Below are positions 40,444-55,317 of a stretch of DNA of 64,000 nucleotides, piece by piece (within the stretch, counting starts at the first letter, position 1; every line of letters begins with the position of its first letter). Position numbers and translations under genes: made by a program. Below the pieces are notes generated by a model. That model did no database searches. It worked only from the letters and a program-made list of their open reading frames with translations, and was not told the DNA's origin. Source of the stretch: Amoeboaphelidium protococcarum X5 (Eukaryota > Fungi > Aphelidiomycota); the NCBI GenBank assembly GCA_023515725.1, contig JALDTO010000246.1, positions 427,014 to 491,013 on the forward strand, written 5' to 3'.

Positions 40444-42690
40444 TCATAGAGTAAATTACATAGGGAATCTACCTCTGTTAGTAGCCATTATGAGTCCAAT
40501 TTTGAGAATGTTAACTGCGGCATTCACATCTCCGTTAATGACGAGATGACAATGTGCGCATGTGACTATATCTTGGTCGGCAGTCCTTCTTCGGACAACC
40601 CTTTACTCGCAGTTACTACAATGAACAGACGTACCCTTCTCATGGGTAACATAGACTGTTGCAATCATCTAGACATAGTGGAGCAGCTCTTTGGAAGCTG
40701 GATGGCATTTCCGGCCTGGAAGATAACGATTGTGGAATCTCTTCATCCCTCCAGTTCCCCAAAAGACTATAATGTTCTCCTTCTTGGTATGATCAAAAGA
40801 CTCAAGGCCAACCAATCTAGCTGCATACTCTCGAAGTATTGATCGTCTCGCCAAAAACTTGGAGTACTTAGCCTTCTAGACTGACTAATCTAGGTACAGA
40901 GGCATGCGCTCATTCGTTACAATAGCTGCATTGGAGGATTTGCGCTTTGCCATTTCCAAATCAAAGCAGTATCTAGGCTCTGCGTATACATCTTCCGCCA
41001 ACTCTCTATCTGTTTGGCTCAATTCTGCCCGAATTCTGGCTCGGAAGTCGGTCGATTTCAGCATTACAGATTGAATATCATTTCGCTCCGTCGACTCTAA
41101 GACCTCTAATGCATTGGCTTTAGCAGTGGCTCTCACTAAGCTGCTTACTCCCATAAACACAACACCAACGTCTACTCCAACGTATACTGTATCTTGGTCG
41201 GCAATATTTATTTATGGAAAGGTCGGATTGTTCAGCCAACTATAGTCTCTTCCCCGTGTCTAGTCTCCGAACTGCCCAATTGCATCTTCATCATCATCAG
41301 GTTCCTCATAAAGAGCATCATGAGCATCGTCTAGTTCTGCAGCTTCATCGTAGGCATCCTCATGCTCATCATTATACTCTAATATCCTCTCATCTTCAAG
41401 ATCATCCTCATCGCCCGGGCAATCCTCTCCTTGCTAATACTTTTGGGACAAGGACGTTCTGGGCCTTTTTTCTACTGAAGTTGGCTAATCACTTCTGGCT
41501 TTTCTCTTGCTCGATACAGGCTCAAACGTCAAAAAGTCTTGGGGTGCAGCTTCGACTTAGGCAGGACTAATTTCAATTCCAGGAGCAATGTCTGCTTCAG
41601 CAAATCGATGCTTTGACGTACTTTATACTGGAGTAATAGTTTGAGCAGGAACAGGTTACGAGCTTCGCAATTTAGACTTGTAATCACTTGACTGTCGGTG
41701 GTATGGGATAGAGGTAGAGTACAAATCTGTGTAGAACTCATCGAATGTGATCTTCTCACCTAATATAGACATATCGAAAATGGATTCAAAGTTAGCTCTA
41801 CTTTGCTTTCCCTTCGTACCAAAAGTCTTGGTTCTAAGTGCCATAGTCTTACTTAATGTGACATGGAATGGAACCAGCTTAAATTCTGGACAGAGATTAA
41901 ACATTGGCAGACCATTGGCGTTAAAGTACTATTGCAGGAAGTAGATCAATCTCAAATAAGACTGCCAGCTATTGGTATCAACAGGATTAAAAATCCCGTT
42001 ACTTGGACCAAACGTGCTTTATCATATACCGCGCGATAGATTTAGTTTTAGATTTCTTATCAAATTGCTTGAGTATTAAGCTCTAGCCTGATGGAGAAAT
42101 TGATGTATATTGGCGTCATCAAGGGAAACCAAATTTTTGGAATTGATATTTAAAAGCCAATAACTCACCAGTTCTTTCTCTTTGATGGCTTTGTTAGAAT
42201 CAACCTGTCTCAATGCTGTAACTAAATAGGTATTGACTCTGATATAGAGATTGACATCTATTTATATCATCCACTTTTTAACATAATCCTATGCCGTCAA
42301 GAAGATATTCTTATTCCAGCTATCTCGGATCTGCGCATAAGGTGTATCATCGCCACGCGCCTATCTCCAAATGTTCCACGCTTACCGGTGCAGCTCGCTT
42401 TCAATCCAATGACTTGATGGGGTAATATCTCCATTGCGAACTTTGTCAGTCTAAACTCCGCAAGAGAGAAATATATTTTTAATCGTTATAACACACAGGT
42501 CAGGACAAACTGCATCAATATCAGGATTCTCCAAAAAAGCGTACAGGTATATTTTGAGCAAAGCCCCACCCTCAGGAATGAGGCGCCATAGATTTTCGCA
42601 ATAGTCTGATAAGTTTTAACGATGGTCAACAGACAGATTCTGAGTAATTCGCTTGAAAGGGAATTTAAGAGTTGCAGCTTTACTTTCCAT
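40444..42690 (-). pseudogene. Divergent Fanzor1/TnpB-like nuclease, 749 codons, one internal TGA (42022-42024)
   Basis: One frame. NSWQSYLRLIY, FNLCP...FHVTL, FYTDLYSTSI, acidic insert, RuvC-I VYVGVDVG, IIVFWGTG, RuvC-II VTHEKGTSVH, Zn finger CSNC...CAHC, RuvC-III INGDVNAAVNI. Confidence 0.85.
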
Positions 42691-43404
42691 ACTTTATAAT
42701 CTTTTAATTGCCGTTGTATTGAAGTGCAAAATATGATCAGTCAAAAGAAAATTGAAATAAGGGGCCACCTATTCAGTGGCGCAGTAAGATCAGTCACTTT
42801 CATGCCGGAAATCCAATTTCCATCCCGCGTCACCCCGGCATTTATGCAGACGAATTGTGAAGTTTTTCGAAAACGTAGCTGTGTTTGTCAGATGGCTCTC
42901 TTCTATAGTAAGTCAATTTGGTGATTGACTTATTAGCAATGATCTACAATATAAATATCCGTCGTTTTTAAGACCACGATTTTATTTGAAATTTTCCCAT
43001 AAGTGTGTTCACAGAGGCGTCGCAAGCTAAATCATTAGATGCCATAGAAATGTATAATATATCATAGCAGATGAGACTTTATGATTACGATGAAATAAAA
43101 TGATTGAATTGGGTCAATACTCTTAGTTAACAAGATGCGAGATGCTTAAGACAAATTCGAAAGTTTTCGAAGATCAAATGTACTCTAGGTAACACTTCTT
43201 CTCTCGATCGCGTACTTTAACATGACTGCATCAACCGCCAGTGTCAGTCTAGTTCTTTCAACATGCTTTTTAAATACGACTGCCAATATTGATCCATTTG
43301 ACACTTTAGCTTCAACAATACAAAGCTATAAGGTGATGGCTAATGATTTTTCACTTTGAGTTTGAAACATATTTGACATTTTGAAATTTTTCTTACGTTC
43401 ACTA

Positions 43405-43486
43405 GTAATCGTTGAATAGTGGTCTATTTCGTTGTCTTAAGGCGGCAATCCTTTCGAGGGCGCGGGTTCAAATCCCGTCGATTACA
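43405..43486 (+). tRNA. tRNA-Leu(AAG), 82 nt
   Basis: Acceptor GTAATCG/CGATTAC + discriminator A; anticodon arm TTGTC-TTAAGGC-GGCAA; long variable arm CCT-TTCG-AGG; T arm GCGGG-TTCAAAT-CCCGT; downstream TTTTT Pol III terminator. Confidence 0.92.
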
Positions 43487-43879
43487 AGTACTTTTTGCTA
43501 CCATAACATTTTTGTTTCCCTTGCAGACTAACTGGCCTTGTCAAAGTTAGAGGTTGTTTGCCCACTTAATATCCAGAAACTGTCGGTATGGATCATCTAA
43601 GACCAAATTCTAGTCTATATGGCAATAGAATTATGCCCAGTCATTTAGAACGCGCAACAGCCGCGTTAAAAGACATGGTAAGAAAACTAATCTATACTTT
43701 ATCTTAAAACGCTCATTCATCCAAGTAAAATTGTTATTTTTACCTTTCGTCTGAAAATCTAATCTTGACCCTGTTCTTTACCATGCAATTCTATGGGTCT
43801 ATCATCTTTTTGCAATATATCTTGTGATTCTACCAATCTTCATTCATGCACTTTTTAGAGCAATACCGTAATAGAATTT

Positions 43880-44960
43880 CAAACATCTTGAACACGTCCT
43901 GGAAGTTTCTTTACCGCAATTAAAACAGTCACTGACAGGCGTGACTGTGAAGACTTGGGGATACATGACAACATAATCAATATTATCGCCTGACTGGGTC
44001 CATTCGATAGTAATTTTTTTAAACTCAAAGCCATTGCCGGCCTATCTTTCAATAATCTCGCCCATTCATGAGCAAGCTGATCTTTAAATGAGAGACTATA
44101 CATCTTTCTAGAATCTAAAGCAGGATTAAATATAAACTTCATCGAGGGATCTTAATGCAAAGGTTCATTAAGAGAAACTGTCCCTGCAACGTGATAAGAC
44201 TTTATCTGCTCATTAGGGCTTTTAATATTGTTTTGTGGTTGTTCTGAGCGTGCTTTGAACTCTGGTATAATTAAAACAGAATCCATTAAATAGGCCAATA
44301 GAGTAAGTGCGCGCTTGAAACCCAATACCCCAAAGCCAAATAAACTCTCCAACGTCAGGCTTCATAGTAAAATAGACGTCTGAGCTCTGCTTCGCGTACA
44401 ATAAAAAATCTAAAGATAGATATTCAGTGACACCAACTTGAACATGAGTTCATTGGAAGAGTCATCACCAGAGCGAAGAGCAGCTTAAAGTTCGATACAA
44501 GGCCAATTCAATATGCCCATAATTTGCAAAACAGTTTTTCGCATTTACGCGTGTTGAAAACCGATAGGTATGATGCTAAATAGACGTGCTATGTCATTTA
44601 AATCATTCTGATAAGTTACAAGTACATTCTCAAGCCTTAGAGTTATTTCATCAATCCGATCGAGCAGAAAGGTAAAAATTTTGGCGATAGTCTTGCGATG
44701 GTAGATGCTCCTGATACAATCGCCAAATCTCGACCCATAACCAGCAACCCAGTTAAAATCGCCTGGCTTCTTTGCTATACGACGCGCGCCATTAATTCGT
44801 AAACTCTAGTACAGCTCTAGGTAGTTTTTGCCATTACATCACCATTGAATAGCTGCTAAAGCATATTCGAATGAGCATCAGCAGAAAATCCTTCGATCAG
44901 ACAATTGAGCCACAGTCACAAGCAAATCGACGGCAACTACTCCATTATCATTCGGCGAAT
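43880..44960 (-). other. Possible degenerate or unknown coding remnant
   Basis: About 175 open codons (44890-44365) under table 6, followed by further open segments in other frames; no clear start and no family recognised. Confidence 0.25.
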
Positions 44961-45213
44961 AACGAAATCCTGAAAGCCCATAGTATTGAAAGTAAAATTT
45001 GCCTATTCTATCAGACAGCTGATCAGATGTGACCAGATAAGACAGAAATAGTCAGTAGATTATGATCATGACTTCCAATTTCACTCTTACTGAGAATGAA
45101 AAATGAAAAATCTTCGCCTTCTATGCCATAAATCCAAGAAGTCACCCCTTGAATTTTGAGCCAAAACAATGATCAGTCAATTCAATTTATTAGTATCACA
45201 AACATCATTATCA

Positions 45214-47271
45214 TCACTACTAAATGTTCTACAATTGGTCGCGCATTTCCAAAGTTGTGACGCGGTCTTGAGCTTGTTACGCCCATGCGCGCTGAATCAG
45301 TGAAAGGATTAGAGAGAGACGCGTATCTACAGCGACTGTATTGTACAGTTCAGCTGGGGCTTCAGGTCGAACTCCTCTCAAGACAAAGTCAACAATCTGA
45401 TTAGGCGCATAACCATGCCAAGCTGGGCTACATGTCATCATTTCATACCCCAAAATTGCCAAAGCATACACGTCCCAAGATAGTTTCAGCTCACCAGGTT
45501 CATTCGCATTAAGTTCACCTTAAAGTTTATGTAACAACTCAGGAGCAGCATACTTTAGTGACGCTCCCTCGAGCTTTGAGACGTGGAATGCTTAGACGAG
45601 CATAGCCTTATTGGATACAATTTGAGTAACACCAAAATCAGAAATCACCGCATAAAATCTCTAATCTCCAGCATCTTGATTTAGCAAGATATTAGCAGGC
45701 TTTATATCAGAGTGAACAAATCCATTCTTATGCATCTCAGACAGAGCTTCAACAATGTCACAAAACAGCGGAATCATCAAATCGAGAGACCATGTTGCAT
45801 AATTTGATCTGCCAGTAAGAATATCCTCCACGCTTCCGTAAGGATAATACTTCATCACGATAGTGTTGGGATTCTGGGAGTAGCCAACCAGTTTGACAAA
45901 CAGCTTGTTATTACTAAAGAAATTCAGCAGTGATACTTCCTATATAAATGCTTGCTAATTATCTTCATCACTGGCAGACTGATCAAAACTGGCAGAAGAC
46001 TTTAACGCTTTCACTGCGACAATATCAGAACCAGCTCTCTGCATTGCCTCTTAATTCAAAAGTCTTCCAGTATAAACTGTTGCAAAACCGCCTTCTCCTA
46101 GCTATTGTTCAATAGCGTAATCCTGATTCAGCTACATGATTAGATATCCAGGAATTGACATTTCACGCTAGTCGCCTACTGCTGTCCTCATTGTCGTGCC
46201 ACCTGCCATGTTTGTTGCTGATGAGCTGTTAAATGGCATGTCAAAAGATGTGGGATTGAGTAATGCACCAGAGTGAAGACCGCCATTCTCAATCAAAGAC
46301 TACTTTCGTAATAAACGTTACGCTCTACGGTGACGACGATACTTTACAGCGAGACCGGCAACTGTGACCAGAAAAACCAAAAGGGCAGCAGATCCAGCAT
46401 AAAGTGGTAATCCAAAAATACTGGATTCATTAGCAGGCAATGAATTGGGAGAAACATTACCAGTCGATGTGGCTGCTGTGAAATCCGTGCTTTATGAGCT
46501 CAACGGGATGCCCAACTAAGAATTAAAATTACCAAACACATTGGAGTTATACACTGAGGAGGACGAAGAAATACAACCAGGAGACACGCAAACATATGTC
46601 TATTAGTCCATTACCAATGACGCACCATGCTATGAAGACAAAATAGAGCCTTACTAAACAGACGCAAGTGAGACTTATTGGGTGGAGCTCAGAGATTAAA
46701 TTACATTAACATTTGCATTAGTATACGAGGAAAGAGAGGTCTATGACCATTAACTATTCGGGTCAATAGACGATGACGTTGAGATAGTCGAGGTTGACGC
46801 GTCTGATGGCAGTGCAGAGGTAGGAGACGGAGCGGTAAACGATGACTCTGATTGTGCACCAATGTTAGAAACGCTTGAAGAGACATTCAACGCCAAAGAA
46901 GTAGAGACTTGACTTGCTGGAATACCTAGGACAGATGAGCCCAAAGTAGAAGCAGCAGATGAACCAAACGATGACGTAGTCAATGTTAAAGAGGCAGAAG
47001 TCATCAATGATGATGAGGAGGACTAAACAGAGTTAGATGATGTGGTGGAAGTAGAGGTAGAGGTAGATGATGACAATGAGCTAGTGGCTGAGATGGTGGA
47101 GGTAGACGTCGATGATGATCTTGAGCTAGTGAATGAGGAGGATGTAGGCGGCTGTGAAGGAGGAGGTGGAGGTGGGCAATTGATACCAAAACCACCTATG
47201 CATACAGATAACCCACTTTTTACACCATATTAACACAATAGAATCGCGATACTAACAAGATTCTTTATCAT
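45214..47271 (-). CDS. Receptor-like (TKL-type) kinase with Ser/Thr/Pro-rich ectodomain, ~685 aa
   Basis: Signal MIKNLVSIAILLCQYG; Ser/Thr stalk; TM LYAGSAALLVFLVTVAGLAV; GGFATVY, VAVK, MKYYPYGS, HSDIKPANILL, SDFG, YAAPE, RGVRP. Confidence 0.88.
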
Positions 47272-47879
47272 TTTTTGCCCTTTCTATTTAAGTGACGTAG
47301 GCTTTCAGGCAAGCAGTATTATCCACTTGTCAAGATGAAAGGCGCAAAGTTCAATCAGATGCTTAGAGTGAAAATTTCTTCGAAATCTACCTCATATGTT
47401 TGTGGAATGCTAAGATTGGGTCGCTTTGATTGGGCCTTACACAGTAACAGATATAAAAATAGAGAGATGATTTAGATCTGACTTGTACCTTACCGATCTT
47501 CAGAGCTACTATTGTCATAATGTGACGCGTAAATGCCAATAAAAGTAAGAGAAATACATTTATACTGAAACAAAACGCGCAAAAAAATCAAACAATCCAA
47601 TCGGCCGAGAGTATCCAGCTTCCATCGGCGCCGCCTCGTTTGATCGGCTCACACACAACTCTTTTCTCACACGATCAAAGAAAAAGGGAGCGATCGAGAG
47701 AGAAAAGCGGGCGGACGAGACGAGGAGTTCTTTCATCATTTGATACCGCCGCACTTTGTTCGTTTAAGTCTAACCCCTTGATCTGAAATTCATTCTTTTT
47801 CTGGTGCTTACCTAATTTGGATTTGCTTTTACATTATCAATATTAATATTGTAAGTGTTGCTACACGATTTAATTTATA

Positions 47880-50800
47880 ATGAGTTTGATGGTATATCTG
47901 GGAGTCTTCGCGTTATTGTGTGCAGTTCTAGTGAGGGGAGCAGCTGCTGATGATTCCATGAGCATTGTGCATTAGAAGGGCGTTTGTTTAATGTCTGGCC
48001 AGTATGGATTGTAGCCTCTGCTGCACAATAAGAATGCTACTGTGGTGGATATGAAATCTGATTTCGTACGTGATTTTCGAGAGGTGTGTGGAATATCTGC
48101 TGATAATATGCTGGGCATGTATGAGGAGAGTCGTCTGTGCTGTGATGATCAACAACTGAGCTCCCTAATGAATAAAGTGATGATTGCTCAGCAAGTCATT
48201 GGTACCTGTCCGGCGTGCTGGTAGAATTTTCTAAATTTCTTTTGTCACTTCACCTGCTCCCCTGATCAGTCTACATTCTTACAATTGAAAGAGACTGAGG
48301 ATCTGGGCAATAACTAAACTGCCGTGAAGGGCGTATACTTTCATGTGAATGGTGGCGTGGTTGACTAATTCTATGATAGCTGTGCTGAAGTGAAGATGAT
48401 CCAAGACAACTCTCTGGCTATGAAGTTTATTGGTAATGGTGCCAAGAATGGTCATGAATTCTTGTCTTTCATGGGCCGTCCCACGTATTTGAACCCTGTT
48501 GAGATGATATTCCCTACTGCTTACAACAGAGATGTCCCTGGTGTGCATGGTGACATTGCTCCTTTTTTGTATGAGACATTCAGCTGCAATGATGACAAGT
48601 ATGGATGTTCTTGTGTGGATTGCTTTGCCGCCTGTAAGACTGATTTCTAGGAGAAGATCTCCTCTGATAGTACATGCTTCATTGGTAATACCAACATGAC
48701 CTGCTTATTCTTCTCTTTCCTGTTCATTTACTCTGCCCTGCTGCTTGCTGTGCTCTTGTCCACGTTTGGTTATAGATTCTATCTCTATAAACGCGGTAAG
48801 GGTAAGTATTAACGCGTATTTACATCTGATGTACAGGAGCAAGGTGATCGTGAATTTGATGATGACGATGACTTGGATTAGCTGGCGTACGAGTCTACTG
48901 CCACCCTATTATCACCTGATAGTTACGGTATGGGATACGATGTACTTGAGTCTGATGGCAAGCTCGGCGGGGATGAGCGCAAATAGTATGATTATAAGCC
49001 TTGGATCTTGGATCGCGTTCTGTCCAACTTATTTTACAAGCTGGGTCTTGTAATTGCTCGTAATGCATATAGCATTGTTATAATCTCTGTGTTGGTATCA
49101 GTGCTTGGTAGTGCTGGATGGTTCAAAGCTGATGTTGAGACGGAGCCTTTAAAGTTGTGGGTTGATCCGAATGATATGATTCTGCGTTAAAAGTAGTACT
49201 TTGATGAAAACTTTGCTCCATTCTATCGAGTGGTCCAGCTGATAGTTACCAGAATTGATGGCGGTAATGTGATTGATTTTGAGACTTTGAATACTACGTG
49301 GACTCTTTAAGAGAAAGTTGAGTCATTGAATGTCACCCATGTCAATTGTGAAGGATCCTCCCAAGTTATCACTTTGGACGATTTGTGTTTTAAGCCGGTT
49401 AATGATCGTTGTGCCGTGCAATCCTTCACTGGTTATTATCAGCACGATTATAAGGCGTTCCTTTCTGATGCTAATAAGATGGACGAAGATGGCAAGTTTA
49501 CAACGCTGAAAGGCTGCATACTGGAATCTGGTAAGTAGGAATGTTATTCAGATTCTGGCCAGCCTCTCAGTCCTATGCTTGTATTGGGTGGATCTTCTAG
49601 AGTTAATTCCACTACTTCTGACGGTGGTGATGATGACCAGTATTAGTCTGGATCTCGCCATTATAATGATTGGCTTAACAGCAAGTCGCTGGTGGTCACC
49701 TTTGTGCTCAACAACTCGGTTAAGAATGAATCTTATCTGAAAAAGTCTGAAGCTTGGGAGCATGAAGCGGTCAAGTTAATCAGTTAATACGTAGACAATC
49801 TGCCGAATAAGGATAAACTGAAGATTGCTTACTCAACAGAGATCTCCATTGAAGATGAGTTGGTGCGTGAAACTTATGCAGATGTGTACACTATTGTACT
49901 ATCATACATTCTCATGTTTGTCTATGCATCTCTGGCTCTGGGAACGTTTACTGTCAAGTTTAAGCAAGGATTTCGGGGATTCAGAAAGTTCAAGGTTGAA
50001 TCAAAGTTCTTTCTTGGTGTATGTGGTATCCTGATTGTTATTGCCAGTGTGAGTTTGAGTGTAAGTATCTTAAGTGTGGCAGGTCAGAAGGCAACTTTAA
50101 TCATTGCGGAGGTTATTCCGTTTTTGGTTCTAGCTGTGGGTGTGGACAATATTTTTATACTCGTGAATTCTCTGGAGCGTGTAAAAAGACAATATCCTGA
50201 TCTGGATTTCACTCATCAGATTGCTTTGAATCTCAAGTTGGTCGGTCCATCTATTATGCTTAGTAGTCTATGTGAGACGGTCGCGTTTGGTAGTGGCTTC
50301 TTTGTCACTATGCCTGCGGTGAGTATTTTCAGTCTATACGCTGCCACTGCGGTCTTTGTCAATTTCTGTCTTTAGTCAACCTGTTTTATTGCTCTAATGG
50401 TGATTGATACACGCATTTTTGGTGCTGAAAGTGGTGGCCTACTAAGCAAGTTGCGTATTGATTACGATAAGACATCAGATGAAGAGAGACGTGATGAGAT
50501 GTCTGCGCTGGAAACACTATTTAATAACTACTATGCACCTGCCCTGTTGAAGTGGTATGTAAAGCCTCTGGTTGTCATTCTGTTTGCAAGTTTGTTCATG
50601 TTTTTAGGATTACAGAATTTCCAGAATGTTCAGTTGGGATTGGAGTAGAAGCTGGCACTTCCATCTGATAGCTATCTATTGGATTACTTTGACGCACTTG
50701 AGAATGAGCTTGAAGTGGGACCTCCACTGTACTTTGTCATCCGAACTCCACCGGGTTCCAAGTTGGATATTCGTACTACGGAAGGCTAGAAGAATCTATG

Positions 50801-51989
50801 CGGCAAATTCTTGGACTGTAATGACTTTTCTATCGCAAGAATGTTGGAAATGGAGTACTAGAGGAACGTTGTGAAGAATGGCGGTGGATCCACATTGGCT
50901 GCTACTAGTGCCATATGGATTGATGATTTTGTCATGTTTATGAACAAGCCTGGAACACCGTGCTGTTACGTGACTGAGAGTGTGAATTAGTGCTTCGTTA
51001 ACGGTGATCCCGATGACGAAGATGATCCATTTAACCATGTAACTAGTTGTGCCTGTTGGAAGTGGCGCTCTATGAATCCATCTGCTGGCTCACCTGGTCA
51101 TTATCCTCTGTTCTAGAATTATATCGTAAACTAGACAACGAGAGACGTTCCAGCTCTGCCAACTAATTCCACTCTGATTATGTAGAGTCTTGAGAAGTGG
51201 CTTGATGTAGTGCCAGGTACGTAGTGTCCGACTGCTGGTAAGGCGGCATACAAGGATTCTATTGCGTTCGGAATTGATGAGAATGGAGAGAAATATGTGA
51301 AAGCGTACTACCTTCGATCTTATCATCAAGTGCTTAGGACTCAGGATGATTTTATTAACGCGTACAAGGATGCTAACCGTATTGCCAAATCTATTGAGTA
51401 ATCACTTAATTTGGATTAAGATGAGCATGATGAAGAAGGTGTAGGCTACGTATATCCGTACTCTGTGTTTTATGTCTTCTTCTCCCAGTACTTGACTATC
51501 TGGAGTTTGGCATTTACTTTGATTGGTCTCGCGCTGGCAGTTATCTTTGTCATGTTCATGCTCTTTGTCGGAAGTCCTCTGGTGGCTTTACTTGTTGTGA
51601 TTACGGTGATGTCTCTTGTGGTTAATCTTATTGGTGTTATGGCTATTTGGAGTATCTCACTCAATGCCGTTAGCACTGTCAATTTGGTCATTGCTGTTGG
51701 TATTGGTGTAGAGTTTTGCGTGCATGTTGCCCGAGGTGCTACAGTGATGTCCACGCAAAAGTCTTTGACTGAATTTGGCTCCAGTGTGTTTAGTGGCATC
51801 ACAATGACCAAGTTGCTGGGTATCTTTGTGCTTGCTTATGCCAAGTCCAAGATATTTGAAGTGTTCTACTTCAGAATGTATCTCACTATTGTATTGCTTG
51901 GTGCTGCCCATGGACTGATACTTCTTCCTGTATTACTTGAATACGCCAAAGAGCTCAAGTAGAAAGCTAAAGCATTGTTGAATAAGTGA
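47880..51989 (+). CDS. NPC1: Niemann-Pick C1 / Ncr1 sterol transporter, ~1369 aa
   Basis: Cys-rich NTD (LCCDDQQ, CPACW.NF..FFCHFTCSPDQS, CSCVDC), VETEPLKLWV, sterol-sensing domain LIIAEVIPFLVLAVGVDNIFILV, ISLNAVS.VNLVIAVGIGVEFCVH, SKIFEVFYFRMY. Confidence 0.95.
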
Positions 51990-52195
51990 TTGTAATAATT
52001 GTGACGTTATATAAAGTGATCAACATCAACTAAAAAGAAAATCAAAGTTAACAAATTGTTATAAAACGTTTGAATTTATATCCGATTCAATATAAACTGA
52101 GCAAATCATATATTTTGTTGTACGACACAAATGAAAAGTTCCATAAGCTTTGATAAAGAGCGCGTCACGAATACTTACTTCCTCTGCAGATATGA

Positions 52196-54040
<1,845 letters not shown>

Positions 54041-54810
54041 ACAAATTATATAGATAATACAAACGTAATAACTTTTTCAAGAGAAGAATTGAAATTATAA
54101 CTTGACTAAGCACTAGATAGTAGTACTTGAGATCGATCGATATAAAATATAATTTCGGCAAAGATTTACACCAAGAGAAGAAACGGTCAACAACATCGAA
54201 AGGCGTCGGGACATTTTTTCGTGTTTTCCGCTCGAGTCAACACGGAAATCCAATTTCGGATCGGCTCTCTGATCGGCTGAGCTGTTTTATTGTCAAGATC
54301 AGTGATCAGTTTGTTGATATATTTCTGGGATTACTCGATTGCTTTTAATTACGGATAATCAATATTTCTAAGAAAGCATATCTTTCAATAAGATGGCCAT
54401 TTTAAATTAAAAATTGTTTCTGCTGTATTATTCAAAAAAACATACCAAATGGAGAGAGAGAGAGCTAATTCGAGTCTATCGTACTTACAGTGTAGTGGTC
54501 ACATATAAGGCTTATCATCCTATTCCAATTTTAAATTTAATCTTCCATTAATATTCATGCAATGGAGTCGATAAAAATTTATTTCTTTAATTTATTTAAC
54601 AAGAGTATATGACCAACCAGATAAACAAACAGTTAGTGTAATCAAGATCTCCAGTTATCATCAAGCAGACGCGTCACTCGACCTTAACCGACGCGATTCT
54701 GAATCAAAGGCGATTTTTCTTGAGAATTATCACCCAGAGCAAGTCATCGCGTTCTCTGAGGCATCTCAATAAAACTACCCGAGTAATATATATATATATA
54801 TAGATTCAGA

Positions 54811-55317
54811 ATGAAGTTGGAGATCTGCTCATTCTCTGGATACAAGATTTACCCAAACAAGGGAAAGCTCTTTGTGCGTTCAGACTCTCGTATTTTCAGA
54901 TTCCTTGATGCCAAGGTGGAGAGCCTGTTCCTTCAGCGCAAGAATCCTCGTAAGATCCACTGGACTGTCGTATTCCGTAAACAACACAAGAAGGGAATCA
55001 GCAATGAGGATGCTGCAAAGAAGCGTGCTAGAAAAGCATTGGGAGCAACTACCCGCGTCAACTTGAAGGGAGTGCGTGGTGTTGCCGGTGTCAATGTGTA
55101 GGACTTGCGTGCAAAGAGAAATCAAAAGACTGAGGAGCGTACTAAAATCCGTCTTGAGGCTGTGAAAAAGGCCAAAGAGGAGAAGAAGGCTGAGGCTAAG
55201 AAGAGAGCCGAGTTGAAGAAGGCTGTCTCTGCTGGCTCTCAGAAGGGTGCTGGTGGTGTTCCAAAGAACGCTGGAAAAGCCAAGCCATCAAAGACCTCTG
55301 CCTCTTCCAAGAGATGA
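54811..55317 (+). CDS. RPL24: 60S ribosomal protein L24
   Basis: MKLEICSFSGYKIYP.KG..FVRSD...NPRKIHWTV.FRKQHKKG; a single TAG (55099) joins the two track ORFs; TGA ends at 55317. Confidence 0.95.

Larger units (their letters stand above)
36940..42870. mobile_element. Putative composite element: tyrosine recombinase + convergent Fanzor1 + structured spacer (ends approximate)
   Basis: Two mobile-element genes tail-to-tail between host genes, with a shared upstream TTTTGCAC motif and no host gene in between. Confidence 0.5.

Noticed and set aside
42017-42168. GTGAGT...AG intron removing the internal TGA of the second Fanzor
   Set aside because: The obvious donor/acceptor pair spans 152 nt and would break the frame; no support without RNA data.
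43060-43379. Small minus-strand ORF upstream of the tRNA
   Set aside because: With only one stop codon, ~100-codon ORFs arise by chance; no recognisable motif.
43405-43486. tRNA read as having a TTA/TAA anticodon (ochre-decoding tRNA-Gln)
   Set aside because: The stem TTGTC/GGCAA places AAG at positions 34-36; long variable arm and discriminator A indicate tRNA-Leu.
48802-48836. GTAAGT...CAG as an intron in NPC1
   Set aside because: The frame reads through without splicing, and removing 35 nt would shift it.
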